NCBI GenBank assembly: GCA_904063045.1
Contig: CAJFCJ010000004.1
Location: 494,195 to 558,194 of the forward strand
DNA length: 64,000 nucleotides
DNA from: Dimorphilus gyrociliatus
Lineage: Eukaryota; Animalia; Annelida
Reading direction: 5' to 3'
The translations under genes were made by a program, and so were the position numbers. The notes below the pieces were generated by a model that searched no databases, was not told where the DNA came from, and saw nothing but the letters and a program-made list of their open reading frames with translations. Of the stretch, positions 23,614 to 37,500 are shown one piece after another; within the stretch, counting starts at the first letter, position 1, and every line of letters begins with the position of its first letter.

Positions 23614-26600
23614 CTACGAGAACTGAATATTATTCGGTCTAGGATCGGAACAAACACCCTGAAATTTCGGCGTTTCTCCTAACAGTTTTAAAATATCATC
23701 AACTGTGGTAAATAGACGTTTTTCTAACCCGTCCATTCTAGCTGTAAGGTTACCGAGTCTTTCGTCTATGACCATCAAGTCAGATTCGGTGCTTGGAGAA
23801 ACAAGAGGAGGAGGAGGAGAAGATGATTCGGTTTCGGATTTTATTGGATTTGGTGAAACGTGATTCGAAGGACTGTCTTTCTTTAGAGATTGAGATTTCC
23901 CTGCATTTAATGAAGAGCCAGGACTTCGACATTGTAAACGAGGTCGTTTCTGGCGAATAAACTTTAGCGTTTCATCATCAATTGTCTTATTTAATTGTAG
24001 AAACGGAGAACCAAAGGATTTATCCTGAATAAAAATGATATATTTTTTATAAAAGCATTGGATTAATGTATGTAATACAATTACGTCAGTTAGATCGAAG
24101 GTGACTCGAAATTTGTCGAGAAAGTCGCCGGCAAATTCTGGATACACGTAGAGTATTTCCTTTAAATCATCCAACTGGATCTTGTGAAGATCACAGTAGC
24201 TCAAGGCTCTTACGCAATAATTAGATTTACCAATTTCTGATTTAGATCTTTCTTGCCAAGTTTTCTTAACGTTCTCTCCAAACATGTCATCCTTTCCCAG
24301 AATGGCCATAACAACATCATCCTTTAGAATTTCTATAGAACCCCGAGCAATGAAGTAGACTGACTCCAAAATGTCACCAGGGTGGATGAGGGTGTCGCCG
24401 GGCGGAGCATGGGTGGATTTGAACTTGAGAGACAGAGCCCGAAGGCAACCTTTTATTTTTTTAAGGGTTAGTAGGGAGAATAAAATTCTGTCTTGGAAGC
24501 TAATAATATAGAGATAAAAGATGGAGAACAAATGATGAAAAGGAGAAGTACAGCGTGAATTCTAGAACTTGTTTATTAAGTAATCGTTAATTTAGTATTA
24601 ATTGTTTGTCCTAATTAATCTTTGATTAGAGAAGCAAAATGATTTCATCATCTTAAGAAGGTTTGCCTCCCTGGAAAAAGGGGAAACAACAGATTCTCTT
24701 TCAAGCTTTATAGGTAGATGGCGCTAATCAAGAAGAATGAGGTATCAGAGCCAAGAATAGATGGTAATAATCGATTTGTTCGTTATGGAGAAAGGATAGA
24801 GTATGTATTATGTAATTTCTATCAAGGTATATACAATACCTATAGAAATAAATCGTTGAAGCGAGTATAAATACCCAAAACAATAATCTTATCCGTAAAC
24901 GAAAACGAGACTTCATGAGAAACTTGTTTCGCATAAGAGTTAATAATCTTAAAAAAATTTGTATACATCCTTAATTGTACTGTTAATTAGTTCTCTTCTA
25001 GTTTCTATGATACTATTTATATGTTATTTAGCTAAAGTAAATCGTGTAGGCATATTTAAATACATATTGTTCCTCCACAGGCGATTTTTCTTTGATAATT
25101 CGTATCAATAGGCATCAAGAAGTAAAATCTCCCTTTTATATACCTTGTATAAAAAAATACTATATTTTAAAGAGGGCTCTTTTACCTTTTCTTATAGCTC
25201 TAAAACCTCGTTATCTTACGACTATGAAATTTGTTTTTCATGTCGAATTCTTCGACTTACTCTTACCTAGAATTCTATCTATATCCTCTTTATCTGTTAT
25301 AAAAGTCAATCCTAATATTTAGCAAATATATTTAGTTCATTAACGCTTTATCTCCTTAATATCTCCTTTGTAATCCTTCGTTTAATCTATCTCTTTTTAA
25401 TAGAGACGTCTTACCGGGTGATGCTGCAGAAAATGCAGCACAATTATGCAGTAACTTCCTGTTTAAGTGAAGGCAAATGTCGGCTTGTAAACAATCGGGA
25501 AAGTTCTTCAACACCTGTAAACAAAGGATGAATGAATGAAGAAAAGTATAAGAAGGAGTAAATCAGCTATAGAATGAGGGGCGGCCGGAAATTTTCGGCA
25601 TTGATCGACTGATATACATACGCTGTTCATATCGATTCCGTTCGTATAGCTCCAAGTATGTTGATAGGATTCTATTAAACGATTAGCCAACTGTTTTGGT
25701 ATATGATGAAAATTGATAAATTCCTTGATACTCGTTAACATTTCTCGATACTCTTCTGTTCCTTGATAAAGTCGAAGCATGATGCTTGAAACGTTACCAA
25801 AAATCGCGGCACTCATTAAAGCTGCGGAAAGGAGATGCGATGCATTTCCGTTGAATAATTTAAAATATAGAATGAAGGTAGGCGAAAAAAATTTGTATTC
25901 TTAAATCGCTAACATATTTTGATTGAGAGTTTAGCTTCCAGGATATAATAATTTACATTCTGCTTAATATAGCCTAAGGCTATATGAATACATAATTCAA
26001 TCGTTTTCCCTTTACTGCTGGTCAATAAATATTTCTTTAAAGTATGCGCCTAGGCCTACAAAAATATTGCAGAATTTTCCAAAAGTTTTAATACTTCACA
26101 CTAACATTAAAATACGTTCAGATGAAAGAAAATGCAGTATAATTGTTTAAGAAAATGATATGCCTTTTTCTGTAACAAAAATAAAACGGAAAACTATAGA
26201 GTTTTATATTTCGATTTTTTTTCCTTTATCCATCAACCTAACATCCTTTCTCCCCTCTCCCCCCTCCCTTCCCTCTCCCTTACATAGCTCTTTTACCTAT
26301 ATCTCTTTCTCTTTATAATTCCCTCTATCTTTCCCCCCTAGTCACCCTCTCTACCTCCTTTCCGGCTCTATTACCACTTTTACGGTAAAATTTCGATGTT
26401 TCATACATCTAAAACATAAATTAACTTTATTTTTTACTATTATTATAAAAAATTAATAACTCTCCCCCTTAATAGCAAAGAATTTAATACGAATGAAGGA
26501 TAATAAAATGTTTCACCCTCGATAAATAGCGGCAAAAGGTAATCGCTTAAGATTTAATCTAGTTAAAAGGTTGTAAAAAGAAACAGGGGTATAATTATTT

Positions 26601-28694
26601 TAAGAATCTTCTTCAATTCATTTAAATCACATAAATTTTATTGAGGAAGGAAAACAACAAAAAAAACAGAGGGAGAGAAAAAAACAAGGAAAATTATGGA
26701 TTGGGAACTTTTTAAATTGAAAGAAGAAAAATTGTTTTTTTTTTATATTGAACATTTAAAGGAAATAGGGTATTGTCCAGTCTTTTAAGCGTAATAATCA
26801 ATTTCGATAGACAATCCAGAGTGTAAACAACCAGGAGCTTAAATAAATATTATCATTTATTAGCCCCAACGCGCTCGAATAGTACTCAGGCTTATTGTAT
26901 CATTCAATTCAACTATTCAATACAGTATTTTCTCGCTATCTCCCCTATTTTGCTCTCACACCAGGATCATTTTCTCTAACTAATTTTTGCTTTTATATTA
27001 GAGCTATTTAGTGAACATGCGTAAAGAGAAACCAGATGGAGATGGAATAAAACTGGGAAATGTAAGAAAAAAAGAAGAAATTAGGTATATACTTACAACC
27101 AAGTAGCATTGCAAAAACTGAAAAGATCTTCTCAGCATTCGTATTAGGAGCAACGTTGCCAAAACCAACGGAAGTTAAACTTGTAAATGTAAAATAGAGG
27201 GCAGTTATATACCTTGTCCTAATATCTGGCCCTCCAGTTGTATAACTAGAATTTGAGTATGGTTTATTCATAGTGTGCGATAAAGTATCTAACCATCCAA
27301 TAGGTTCATTTAATTTAGTTTGTTCAAAATATGCTATTGCGTAGAAAATGCAGGCTAACCAATGCGCTATCAAAGTGAATGTAGCCATAAGAAGGAACAG
27401 CATTGCAGCTCCGTACTCGGAATAGTGATCAACCCTTCGAGCCACCCTCAATAGACGTAGTAGTCTGGCAGTTTTTAAAACGCCTAATATCGTAAATTAA
27501 AGAATTGTATTAATTACTTTACAAGAAAATCGAGTAATTTTCAAATGAATCTGCTATACAGTATAATGGGGAAATCAAATATTTTTACCTGTAATTGTCA
27601 TTGTATCCGAACTTCCGGAACCAAAGAGCAGCAAGTCAAACGGAATAGCTGCTACAGCATCTATGACAAACCACCCTTTCACGTAGTTAACAGCTATTTT
27701 ACGAGCATTAGACACGACCTCGCCGTCCTGAACGAAGGTTGTTCGAAAGTTTATAATTATATCAGCTCCAAAGAGGACGTCTACTATAAGATCAATTAAA
27801 ACAAGCGGATCTGCTTTTTTTATTTGGGCATCACGAGTACCGGAATCCTTGTTGAGTTTGTTCCTCGTTTCATCTTCGTTAATTAGGAATGCTGCTACAT
27901 AAGGTGTGAATACTGCAGTATATAGCACAACCAATAGAATTATCCAATCCCACACAGCTTTAAATGGAGAATAATGAAGAATAATAAATTTAGGGACGAC
28001 GGCAGCTTTTCTGTTTTTTGAGATTCTTGTGCTGTTAGTTCTTCTATCGTCCATTTCATCCGTATCTCCCTAGAATAAGTATGATGTTTAATGACTGTAA
28101 AAAGTGAATTTCATCTCAAAAATCGAACAATTTTCGCAATTACATTGAATAAAGAATTCTCTTCCTAATGAGAGCCTTTATTGCCGAAAAATAACGTATG
28201 CTAAACAATCAATAAGAAAAATCCCATACGAACTAAAAGAATTAAGTCGTCCGTTGGCCATAATCTGCTATTAAAAGCTATCTCGACTCAACAACTGGAA
28301 TATCCTCTCATTTAGGCCTATGAATCTATCATCCAATAATTCGTATTAGCCTCTAGGTTATCAGTAGTTTATATACATCTATACTTTCGTATTGATACTT
28401 AATTTCTGAGAATACTCTAAAAGATTAAAATGCTATAATTTATAAATCTTTTCTTTTATCACTTATTCAATATGAAATTTCCAAGCTTTTGCTTATATTA
28501 TTAAATTGCTTACTAAAACTTTTATTTAGTTACAATTAAGAGCAAAACTTAAAAGTTACATATATAAACAAGAAAAAGAAACCGTGCAGTTACCATAGAA
28601 ACTGTTCATGGACAAACAACACATTTTACGGAAGAAAAAGAATGCAACAGGAAAAAAAATATCGCCTTACTGCGAGTAAACTAGTTCGTTCCAT
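23614..28694 (-). CDS. KCNH2: Erg-subfamily (KCNH2/6/7, seizure/unc-103-like) voltage-gated K+ channel, about 655 aa, no PAS domain seen
   Basis: Exons 28694-28671 (MERTSLLA, least certain), 28069-27589, 27483-27097, 25821-25622, 25514-25415, 24449-24085 and 24024-23614; all GT-AG and phase-consistent (1968 nt). Motifs: [13 protein letters not shown] (S1), [13 protein letters not shown] (S4), SLTSVGFGN filter, C-linker [26 protein letters not shown]...[12 protein letters not shown], intrinsic ligand TFDL. Confidence 0.92.
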
Positions 28695-31600
28695 GTCTGC
28701 AATCTTACTGATAGCCTCTGACGCGCTCGACCGTTTTAGACGCTTCTTTCCGGACGCCCTCGTATACAAATTAGATAGTAAACATAAAAAAAACAGAGAC
28801 GCCCGAAAACTAGCCTAAACAGCTGCTTTACAAACAACATCAAACTTAGTTTTCCCTACCTCCTGCATTCCTCTTTTTCTTTGTTGCAATGTATCCGGTT
28901 CAGCGTTGCTCAGTTCCCTCAGTATTTTTAACATGACAAACTTATTTTTAGCCTGTTTGGAGCAAATGAAACGATTTAATGTGAGAGACGCCTTGTATAT
29001 AGACGATTATATATGTTTAAGACTTTAAGACTAGACGGCGTTGGAGTTTGTATTACGTGTTGGAATTAGGCGTTTGCGGAGAATTCGGGCGGATTATATC
29101 GATCTCGTGTAATTTTTCTTCCACTCTTAACGTCTACCTTTACTCGCCTTTTCAGAACTTTTCCATTTTTGCTTCAACCAATTTTTTATCGGATAGATGG
29201 CGTAACTAGTACAGTTTTGATAAGCGTCCAATTACAAATTTACCTCTTAGTATGTAACTTTACTTGAATAAATAGATACAAGAAAAAGTTGGACTATTTA
29301 CATTAAAAATCTAGCTGTGTATATAAGTGTATGCAGTATATACTGTATATATACATATATTAATATATTGCATCTTTGTATATATGCATATATATATACA
29401 GTATTTTTAATGTGTATATATGAATGTATGACGTAAATGAATATCTTTAATTCACATATCTGTATATCCTAAGGCTAAGTACACAATAAATAATCAACTA
29501 CATCCATTATCAATAGGTAAAAATCGATTGAATTTTAAACTTTGTAATTTAGCACTATGAAATATTGGAGAAATTATTATGAAATAATACGTGCTACTCC
29601 TATTCTATTTCATGCTTTCTTCTATACCATTTCATAGTGTGACACCTGGAAGTGTAAACTCTCAATACATTGTCCATTATCTAGTCGCTAGACGCGTCAC
29701 TAGTATACGCTTATTTAGCTATTCATTCAGTCCAATTTAAAATAAAAGTATTCACATTTAAAACAGAAGTATGACGTCATCAACAAAATTAATAAAATAT
29801 AGGTAATAATTCTTGAATGACACGTATGAAATAAAACTGAAGAATTCTCTTTTATCTGACACTTTGTTTATTAAACGTAGACTTCAATTGTCTAAAACAA
29901 TTTCCAAGCTGACGAAATGGAAAGGAGAAAGTTGAGAATGATGAGGAGACTATTATTAAATTTGAATTTAGAGAAAGATACTCTTAAAGACAAAAGCATG
30001 TACAGAGCCAATGACTAAGAGCGATAGAGAAAGAGAGAGAGGAGACACAGAGAGAGCGAGAGAAAGAGAGTAAAAGAAATGAAGGTATAGGTAGGAAAAA
30101 AATGATATATAAAACAACAGACTTTTTTCTTTGTTTCCTCTAATATTTACATAGCAAAAAAAAACAAAAGAAAAAAAATCCCATAGAAATGAGATTAAGT
30201 CTTTCCCTTTCTCTTCTTTCTTTTTATACTCATAAAAATTAGTATATAGCAAAAAGCTTCGGTACTTTTTTGGACGCCTTTGAAAGGTATCTCGAGTTCT
30301 TGATTATGTTGTTTGTATTGTGTTTGTTTTTTATTTTCTATATTTTTGTCTTCTCCAGCATACACTCAAATGGGTTTGAAACAGATGGAAGGATTCAGGG
30401 ATTCAGAAGCCAAACAAAATATAGATATAAATATCTTTTTCTATATTTAAACATTATGATCATTATAAATATTCCACAAAAATGCTAAAACTCAGAATAT
30501 CTAAACAAGGGTTTGAGCTATAATGAGACTAATTGACAAAAGTCATATTTTTCTTTTATCAAGATGCATCTAATGAGAAAAAGAACTTGTCTATAATCTG
30601 AAGAGAATCAAAATTTATTATACAATTATAGACTTAATTAGAATTTCTTTTTTTTTAGCATCTTGTACCATTATTAATTTGTATTTTCAATAGAGAATAT
30701 ATAAGATAGTCGTATGGAAAATTTCTTGGAAAGAAAGATCTATTAATATTCTATTTCTATCTCTACTTTTACAATAAATTATAATATTAAGAATACGAAA
30801 CATTGGTAAGTTTTCAATCTTCAATTAACCGTCAAACCTCTTTTTATATGAAATGATTAACCAATTTCTGCTTTCTAATAGGAGAATATATGCAAATTTT
30901 GGTACTTTGGGTATTTCCTAGGGCTAGATTTTCCATCTGTGTATGTAGTAACTTACTACTGCCACAACGTTCTCTTCTTTATTTCGCTTTCTCCCCTTGT
31001 TTTTTTTTAAGCACAGCTCTTATTTTATATGGAACTTTTTCACAATCCCAGGGTGCTCCTATATCACAAAGTCATCTAGCTCATCAACAATCTCCCTTTA
31101 TACATTTTTCAACGATAATTTAGCTAAAGGGAACAGTAGCTCTTTTAACATCCTCAATCCATTTTAAGCTATCAATTTTAAAAATTGAATTATCGTGCTC
31201 TTTAACTTTTAATTTAGCCACTTAAGTAACAATCTTTTCCCTTAAAGAAACGACTGTAAAATTCTCTAATGAGTATTTCTTTTTTATATTATAATATTTT
31301 ATAAGAAAAAATATTCTATGTACAGAGTACTTTATATCTAAACGTTTTGTTGATTTTTATACGTTAACTCACATTATCTTCATCACTCACATCACTCACA
31401 AACACCGACAAATAGAGCAATTGACCTTGAAGACTTAAGATTTGTAAAAGTCCAAACTAAAACCCTTCTCTTCAATTAATATAAATTAGAAGAACCTGAA
31501 ATCAATTTGAAGAAGATTGATCTAGTTGAAGATGTTATATATATATAAGAAACGATAATCAGAGAGAAAAATCCTGAATAAATCAATTGTTCTACTATGA

Positions 31601-33429
31601 TATTTAATAAATATTAATATTAGCTTTGTAACTAATCTAACAGTGTATACAGATATGTAAAAATATACAGTATGCATAGTGTATACATGGTACATAGATA
31701 GTCTATATTCTATATATATAGAGAGAGTTTATAGATTGATTAATCCTTGAATAATTTCCCAAAAATAGTGTGTATATTCGTAATATCTAAATATATATTA
31801 ATTTAGTCACCTGGATAGGTAACTCGGTCCATACTAGAAAAATGTGAGACAAAAGAGATTGTACTTAAGGATTAGCTTTTAATTATATGTGTATTTGCGA
31901 TCATCTCCTTTGTTATCGTGATTAAATTGATTTTTCTCTTCCGCCTATTCCGCCTTAAATTTCTTTAGATAACGAGAAAAAAGGGAGATTCTTACTCCAT
32001 TAAAACTGAAACGAACCTTAAATGCTTATGACTTATTTAGGCTAAAGATGGCGTTGAAATAGCTTCTCAAATAAAAAGATAATAGTGGTCCTCAATCCCT
32101 TCCAGAAGTGAATTTAACCGAAACGAAATTTGTGCGCATATACCATCCTTCGTGAAAGATATATGAACAATAATAGAAAACTAGAAAAGTGTCTATCGGA
32201 AATCAAAGATGTGCAGTTCGTTCTGCAAGCGTTTCTTCATCGACCTCTCTAGCCGTCTATAAAAAAAAAGAGGTCAATACCTACTAAATGACGCTATAGG
32301 CCTAAGCCCTTGTAAAACTTCGGAAAATCTTACGAAACCAGTTTTCTGTTTATATTCTCTGACGTTCTAAATTATAAAACGAACTGGATAGTCGATTTAA
32401 TTAGCGGTGAAGACGATTTGCGTGATAAGCGCTCACTAGTTGTGGCGTTATTTTCTTTGAAACTGCGCTTTTCCGGCATTTACTATTGGTTTATTCATAG
32501 TCTTACGTATCTCGCTATTCAAAGAAAAAACAACTATAATTTTCGGTGGATGGGGCGTGGCAGTTTTTTATACATGTACAGTATAGACTGTACAAATATA
32601 CTGTGTATAATATTTCTTTTATAAAGCTACTGGAAAGCTGAAAAATTAGAGTTCTAACATTTTCTAATAAAAATTAATAAAAACATAAAGAAATGACAAA
32701 AAAGACGAGTTTTTTTTTAACAAAATATTTTAATTAGAAAATTCTATTTGGTCAAAATAAAACTGTTACGAATTTTTGTTGTCGATTTTATTCACTTTTA
32801 TAATTTTAAAGAGAAAGAACAAAAGCTTTTTATAAACATTCTAGTTTAAAATTGTGTACTCTTTCAAGGTCCAATGAATCTGCTTAATTGGCTTTGTAAT
32901 TTTCTCTTCATTTAACCGTTAGTTGCGCGTTTATGGAATAAGTTGTATTGAAAATAGAAAAATGGTTAATTAATCTGTTGACGACACATCTATTAATTAA
33001 CTATTATATAAATTCTATTATTTTAAATTATACATCCATTTACGGTTTTATATGCAAAGTTAACACTTTATGGTCAGGGGAATGCCAAAGTTAAGCAACT
33101 ATTTATCACCATCTAGCCAAGTGCAAGTTAAGAGAAGTAAGATGGATTGAAAAACATCTATAGGCCTATAAGTAAATTTCATGGTTTAATTACGTGACTT
33201 TGACGGTTTGGAATTATAAAATACTTTTCAAGAATAAAGGTATATCCAGGTAAAAAGAAAATTTGATATATTGATAAAGGTCGAAAAAAAAAACTAAAAG
33301 AAAGAGAGAACAATAAAAGTTATACATAGTTCAATAATAGAATAGAAAGGGAAAGAGAAGGAAAGGAGGAAATAGTTTTTAATAGATGAATAAAGTCATT
33401 TGAAAAAATATGGATAAAATCGAAACCCA

Positions 33430-33432
<3 letters not shown>

Positions 33433-33462
<30 letters not shown>
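33433..33462. repeat. (AG)15 microsatellite followed by a GA/GACA-rich tract
   Basis: Read directly from the sequence. Confidence 0.9.
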
Positions 33463-33466
<4 letters not shown>

Positions 33467-34326
33467 GGGGGAGGGAGAGTGAGAGACAGATAGTCAGACA
33501 GAGACAGAGAGAAAAATTATAAATTCGATTTTCATTTGTCAATAACCATTCATGTTTTGTTCTGCTTTTTGTCATTTTCTTCAGTTTAATTAATGTATAT
33601 ATATTTGTTTAGTTAATATTCTAAGGCCCTCATATTAGTTTTCTCAGCTTTTTTTGCAGTTCTTTTGAAGAACAACATGAAAACCAGCAGTAACAATTAG
33701 GGATATTTGTATATTAAAAGATTAAATTAAAAAAATATGATGGAACGAATATGATATATTATACCTTGACCGTCATATAAATTTTGTACTTGACAGATTG
33801 TAATTGCCAATTTGCCCTGATATTGCGGGGGAATTAGCTTGTTTTTACCAGCTGTGTTGTCCATAAATACGCAATAATCAATGGATTGGAATGATAATGA
33901 CAGCATTTTACAAATACTCGATTTGAAAATTCCATAATTCAGTACTTCAAGCATATAGATGTGAATTAGAGTACATTGATAGCTCTTTTCGAGGCATTAA
34001 CGAGCAAGAAAGGTGGAGAGAGAAGAGAAAAAAGAGGGATGAAGGGGAAAGATGGGAAAAAAATTTAAATTATACTAATTATCTTGTGACATTTTACTTT
34101 AAATGTTACTTTACATTTTCGTTTGAGAAGAATAATTAATGTTAAATACGACTTTGGTTCGTTGAGAGTATCGAATGACAGTAATGCACTGGAAAACATA
34201 CCTTTTCGTTTTAATGTAGTGAAAAAAAGGTAAATTTTCTAAAAATACATGCAATATACATGCTTCAGTCGTCTACCTAATTCAACGTCACTTTTTGTAC
34301 TCGAAAGAGGAATTTTTATAAATGTT

Positions 34327-34520
34327 AAAGAAGAAGAAAAGAAGAGGACGAGAGAGGGAGGGAGGGTGAACGAGAGAGAGAGAGAGAGAGAGAGAGAAAG
34401 AAAGCAAGAAAGAAAGCGCTAGACAGGCAGATAGACAGACAGACAGTGGACGGACCGGGTAAAAAGGAATATGTGGAAATAGACAACAGAGAGAAAGGAA
34501 GAAAGAGAGAAGAGAGGAAA
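34327..34520. repeat. Polypurine tract with (GA)n and (GACA)n microsatellites
   Basis: Read directly; it generates the spurious 34325..34528 ORF. Confidence 0.85.
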
Positions 34521-37500
34521 ATTTTCAATGATGATAAAATAGTACTTTATAACTTCTTTTTGAAATAGCGAAAATTTACCATCATTTCCTAATAATTCTA
34601 TATAATACATCTATTATATTAATATTATATAACATCAAAAAAGGCTTGGATATTAGCCAAAGAATGTGAAAAATGAGCAAAAGTTATAACTTTCATCAAA
34701 CGCTCATTGCATCAACTATACAGCTAGTTTTCTATCATTAATTGAAGCTGCAAGGCATAAAAGCATTCCAATTAGTGAAAAGCCCAATTAATCAAACGTC
34801 AAAGTGCCACTAATTTAATTAAGAATAATACTCTTTATCATTCTGCAATTTGAAAGGTGAAGAACACAAAAGTTAGATAATTAAAGCGTTAAACGTATAA
34901 CGCCTATCATTCATTACTGAAGGGGATAGAATTCAAAAATTTAGTCAATTGTAATAGATAGGATTATAAGGTTTACAGGGTGTGGGTGGAGAAAAGTAGC
35001 GGAAGTAAATAAGATAAAGATTTGAGCTTGCGAGAATGAGAAAAGAGACCAACAGGGATTTTACGTAAATATAAAAGTATATATAGTAAACTTAGTTGTA
35101 TAGCATTTACACTAATATTTATTCTGTTTATGCCTATATATAGTATATATGACTTTTGACATTCGAATAAACTATGATAATGCAATATATCCTAGAAGAT
35201 GGGTAAACCTTGAAAACTTCCAATTAACCTAAATTCCAATTAAGGAGTTTTCCAATTAACGAGAGTACATTGTGTCTACCTTTATAACAATTCTCTTCTC
35301 TAGTTAAATAGCTACTATATTAAGTAAAAAAGAAAAATGAATAAATACGTGTATTCGTATATTTTTTAAAATTTACATAGTAATGATTGATTGTTAAAAA
35401 ATCTTATTAGTCTTCGTTATTTCCAATATTTGGGAGGTAATTTCTCCTAATAGAATGAACATGATAAAAGCACGAAATGATTTATTATTCCCTTATCTAT
35501 CACAGTTGCTTACATATTCTCAAGACATTCTAACTAATCAGCTTCACCTGGCTAAAAACACTCTTGATAGATAAGGATATTAGAGAGGGATTATTACATA
35601 ATTAGTTTCAAGCGCCCCTTTTCTTTCCCACTCTGTAAATCAACTTCTAATATGAAAGTAAAATTAGGGCATGATCCCTTTTTCTCTTAAGTCATAATCA
35701 TTTAAAAAGAGTGAAATAAAAACGGCCAGTCATTTCACTCTTGATGCATCTATAGAGAAGAGAAAAGAACTAGTGAGTGTGAAAACAAAAACAACTATCA
35801 ATTTTTTTTTCATGTGCATAAATACGAAACTATGCGGAAATATTTCATTTTTTATATCTCGAATAAAACTTTTCAGCACCAATGGAGAGTACCATTTGTC
35901 TGTCAAATTTAATAATACCCAACGTGGGAGAAAATGGCACATAACGTTATCTTTTTACTTTAGCTGGGATAGGAAACAAAGATATGTATATAGAATTTTC
36001 CTCCTTATTAATTAAAGGTCATATTTATATACAACAATAATTTAACAATACGCTTGTAGATAATCTTTTATATTCAGAATAGATTGCAATTAATGATTAA
36101 GTAGTCTTTAGTTTAAACTTACAAGTATATGATTATTTATTAATTTCTCTCTTTCTTGTAATTTTCGCATCGGATTCTACGGATCAATGAAACATTTCCG
36201 TTCCTGAATATGCCCACATTTTCTAATTTATTGGAGCGTGTCTAAAAGTCGGATTCGGTTAAGAAGCACATTTTTTACAAACAAATTGCCAAAATATTGA
36301 TATCTTCTTAGTCCTACATTTTTCTCTTTTATACACCATTTAGAGCATATTTACTGTTCTATTCATAATGTTATTGTCTTAAGTATTTAATATAAAAATG
36401 AAAAATACAAATAAGAGTAACCCAGGAATATTCGGAGAGGGAAATGATGATTAATTATAATTATCATATCCCTTCCTCATGATTATGCGAGTGTGTTGAT
36501 GTAAAAAAGAAATAAAAGGCTTTGCGTGACTTTTACATATAACGTATGATGAAAAGACAGAATTCTGCTTTTTTCAGCCTATTTAATAATGAAGAACGTA
36601 TATCGAAAGCAAACTAAAAGTACGACTATCTATTGATAAAAGTCGAGACTTGTAATTAACTTTTCATACGCGCTCGACAAGTTGGGGAAACTGTTGATAT
36701 TAACTTTTACTTGGAACTTATTAGTGCTTAGAGAAACGTGTTCAAACATATATTTATATATGATATTTGCAAATAAAAAATATATTTTTCCAGAATATGT
36801 ACCATACACATATATAGTATATAGATTATAAGTATATACTGGATATCAACTATTTACACCTTATGTTTTTTAGTATAAATACAATATATAGTGTATATAC
36901 TATTTACTATTTATACATAAGACAATTCCTTAGAGAATTTGAGCTTACAAGTGCAAAAATCTCAATATGTTATGTCGTCTTATTAGATTGTTGCAAAATT
37001 GGTAATAAACGGATAATTCTGCAGTACAAATAAGCTTTTTGTAGGTTGGATCAGAAGTTCAGGCCCTTCTTATAAACCTCGCTTAAGACTACGTCTATGA
37101 CAGTTCCTCAGTATGCCATTTATCAATTCCCAACCTCCATCAACTCTCTCTATGGGATTACGTCACCAATCCTGTTCACAGATGGCACTGTGATAGCAAC
37201 GATTTTCAATATAATAAATAATTCTCTATCTATAATTGAAAATCAACTATGTCCATACAATAAAAACAGGGAATAAGTAGGGAGGATGGAAAGAGAAAAA
37301 TTCAATATGATTTACAAGGCCATAGACATTCGTAACAGACGGAGAGAGGGAGTTAGGGGGACGGAAGAAAAATCGAAAAAACGCTTTTCGCTTTAAAATT
37401 TGCAAATTGCCAAGAGCCGGCTGCGGAAATAGAATTCTTCACGGTTAATACTCGAGAGTTTTCCAGCACGACGCCTTGTTACTATAGTAACAAATTTTTT

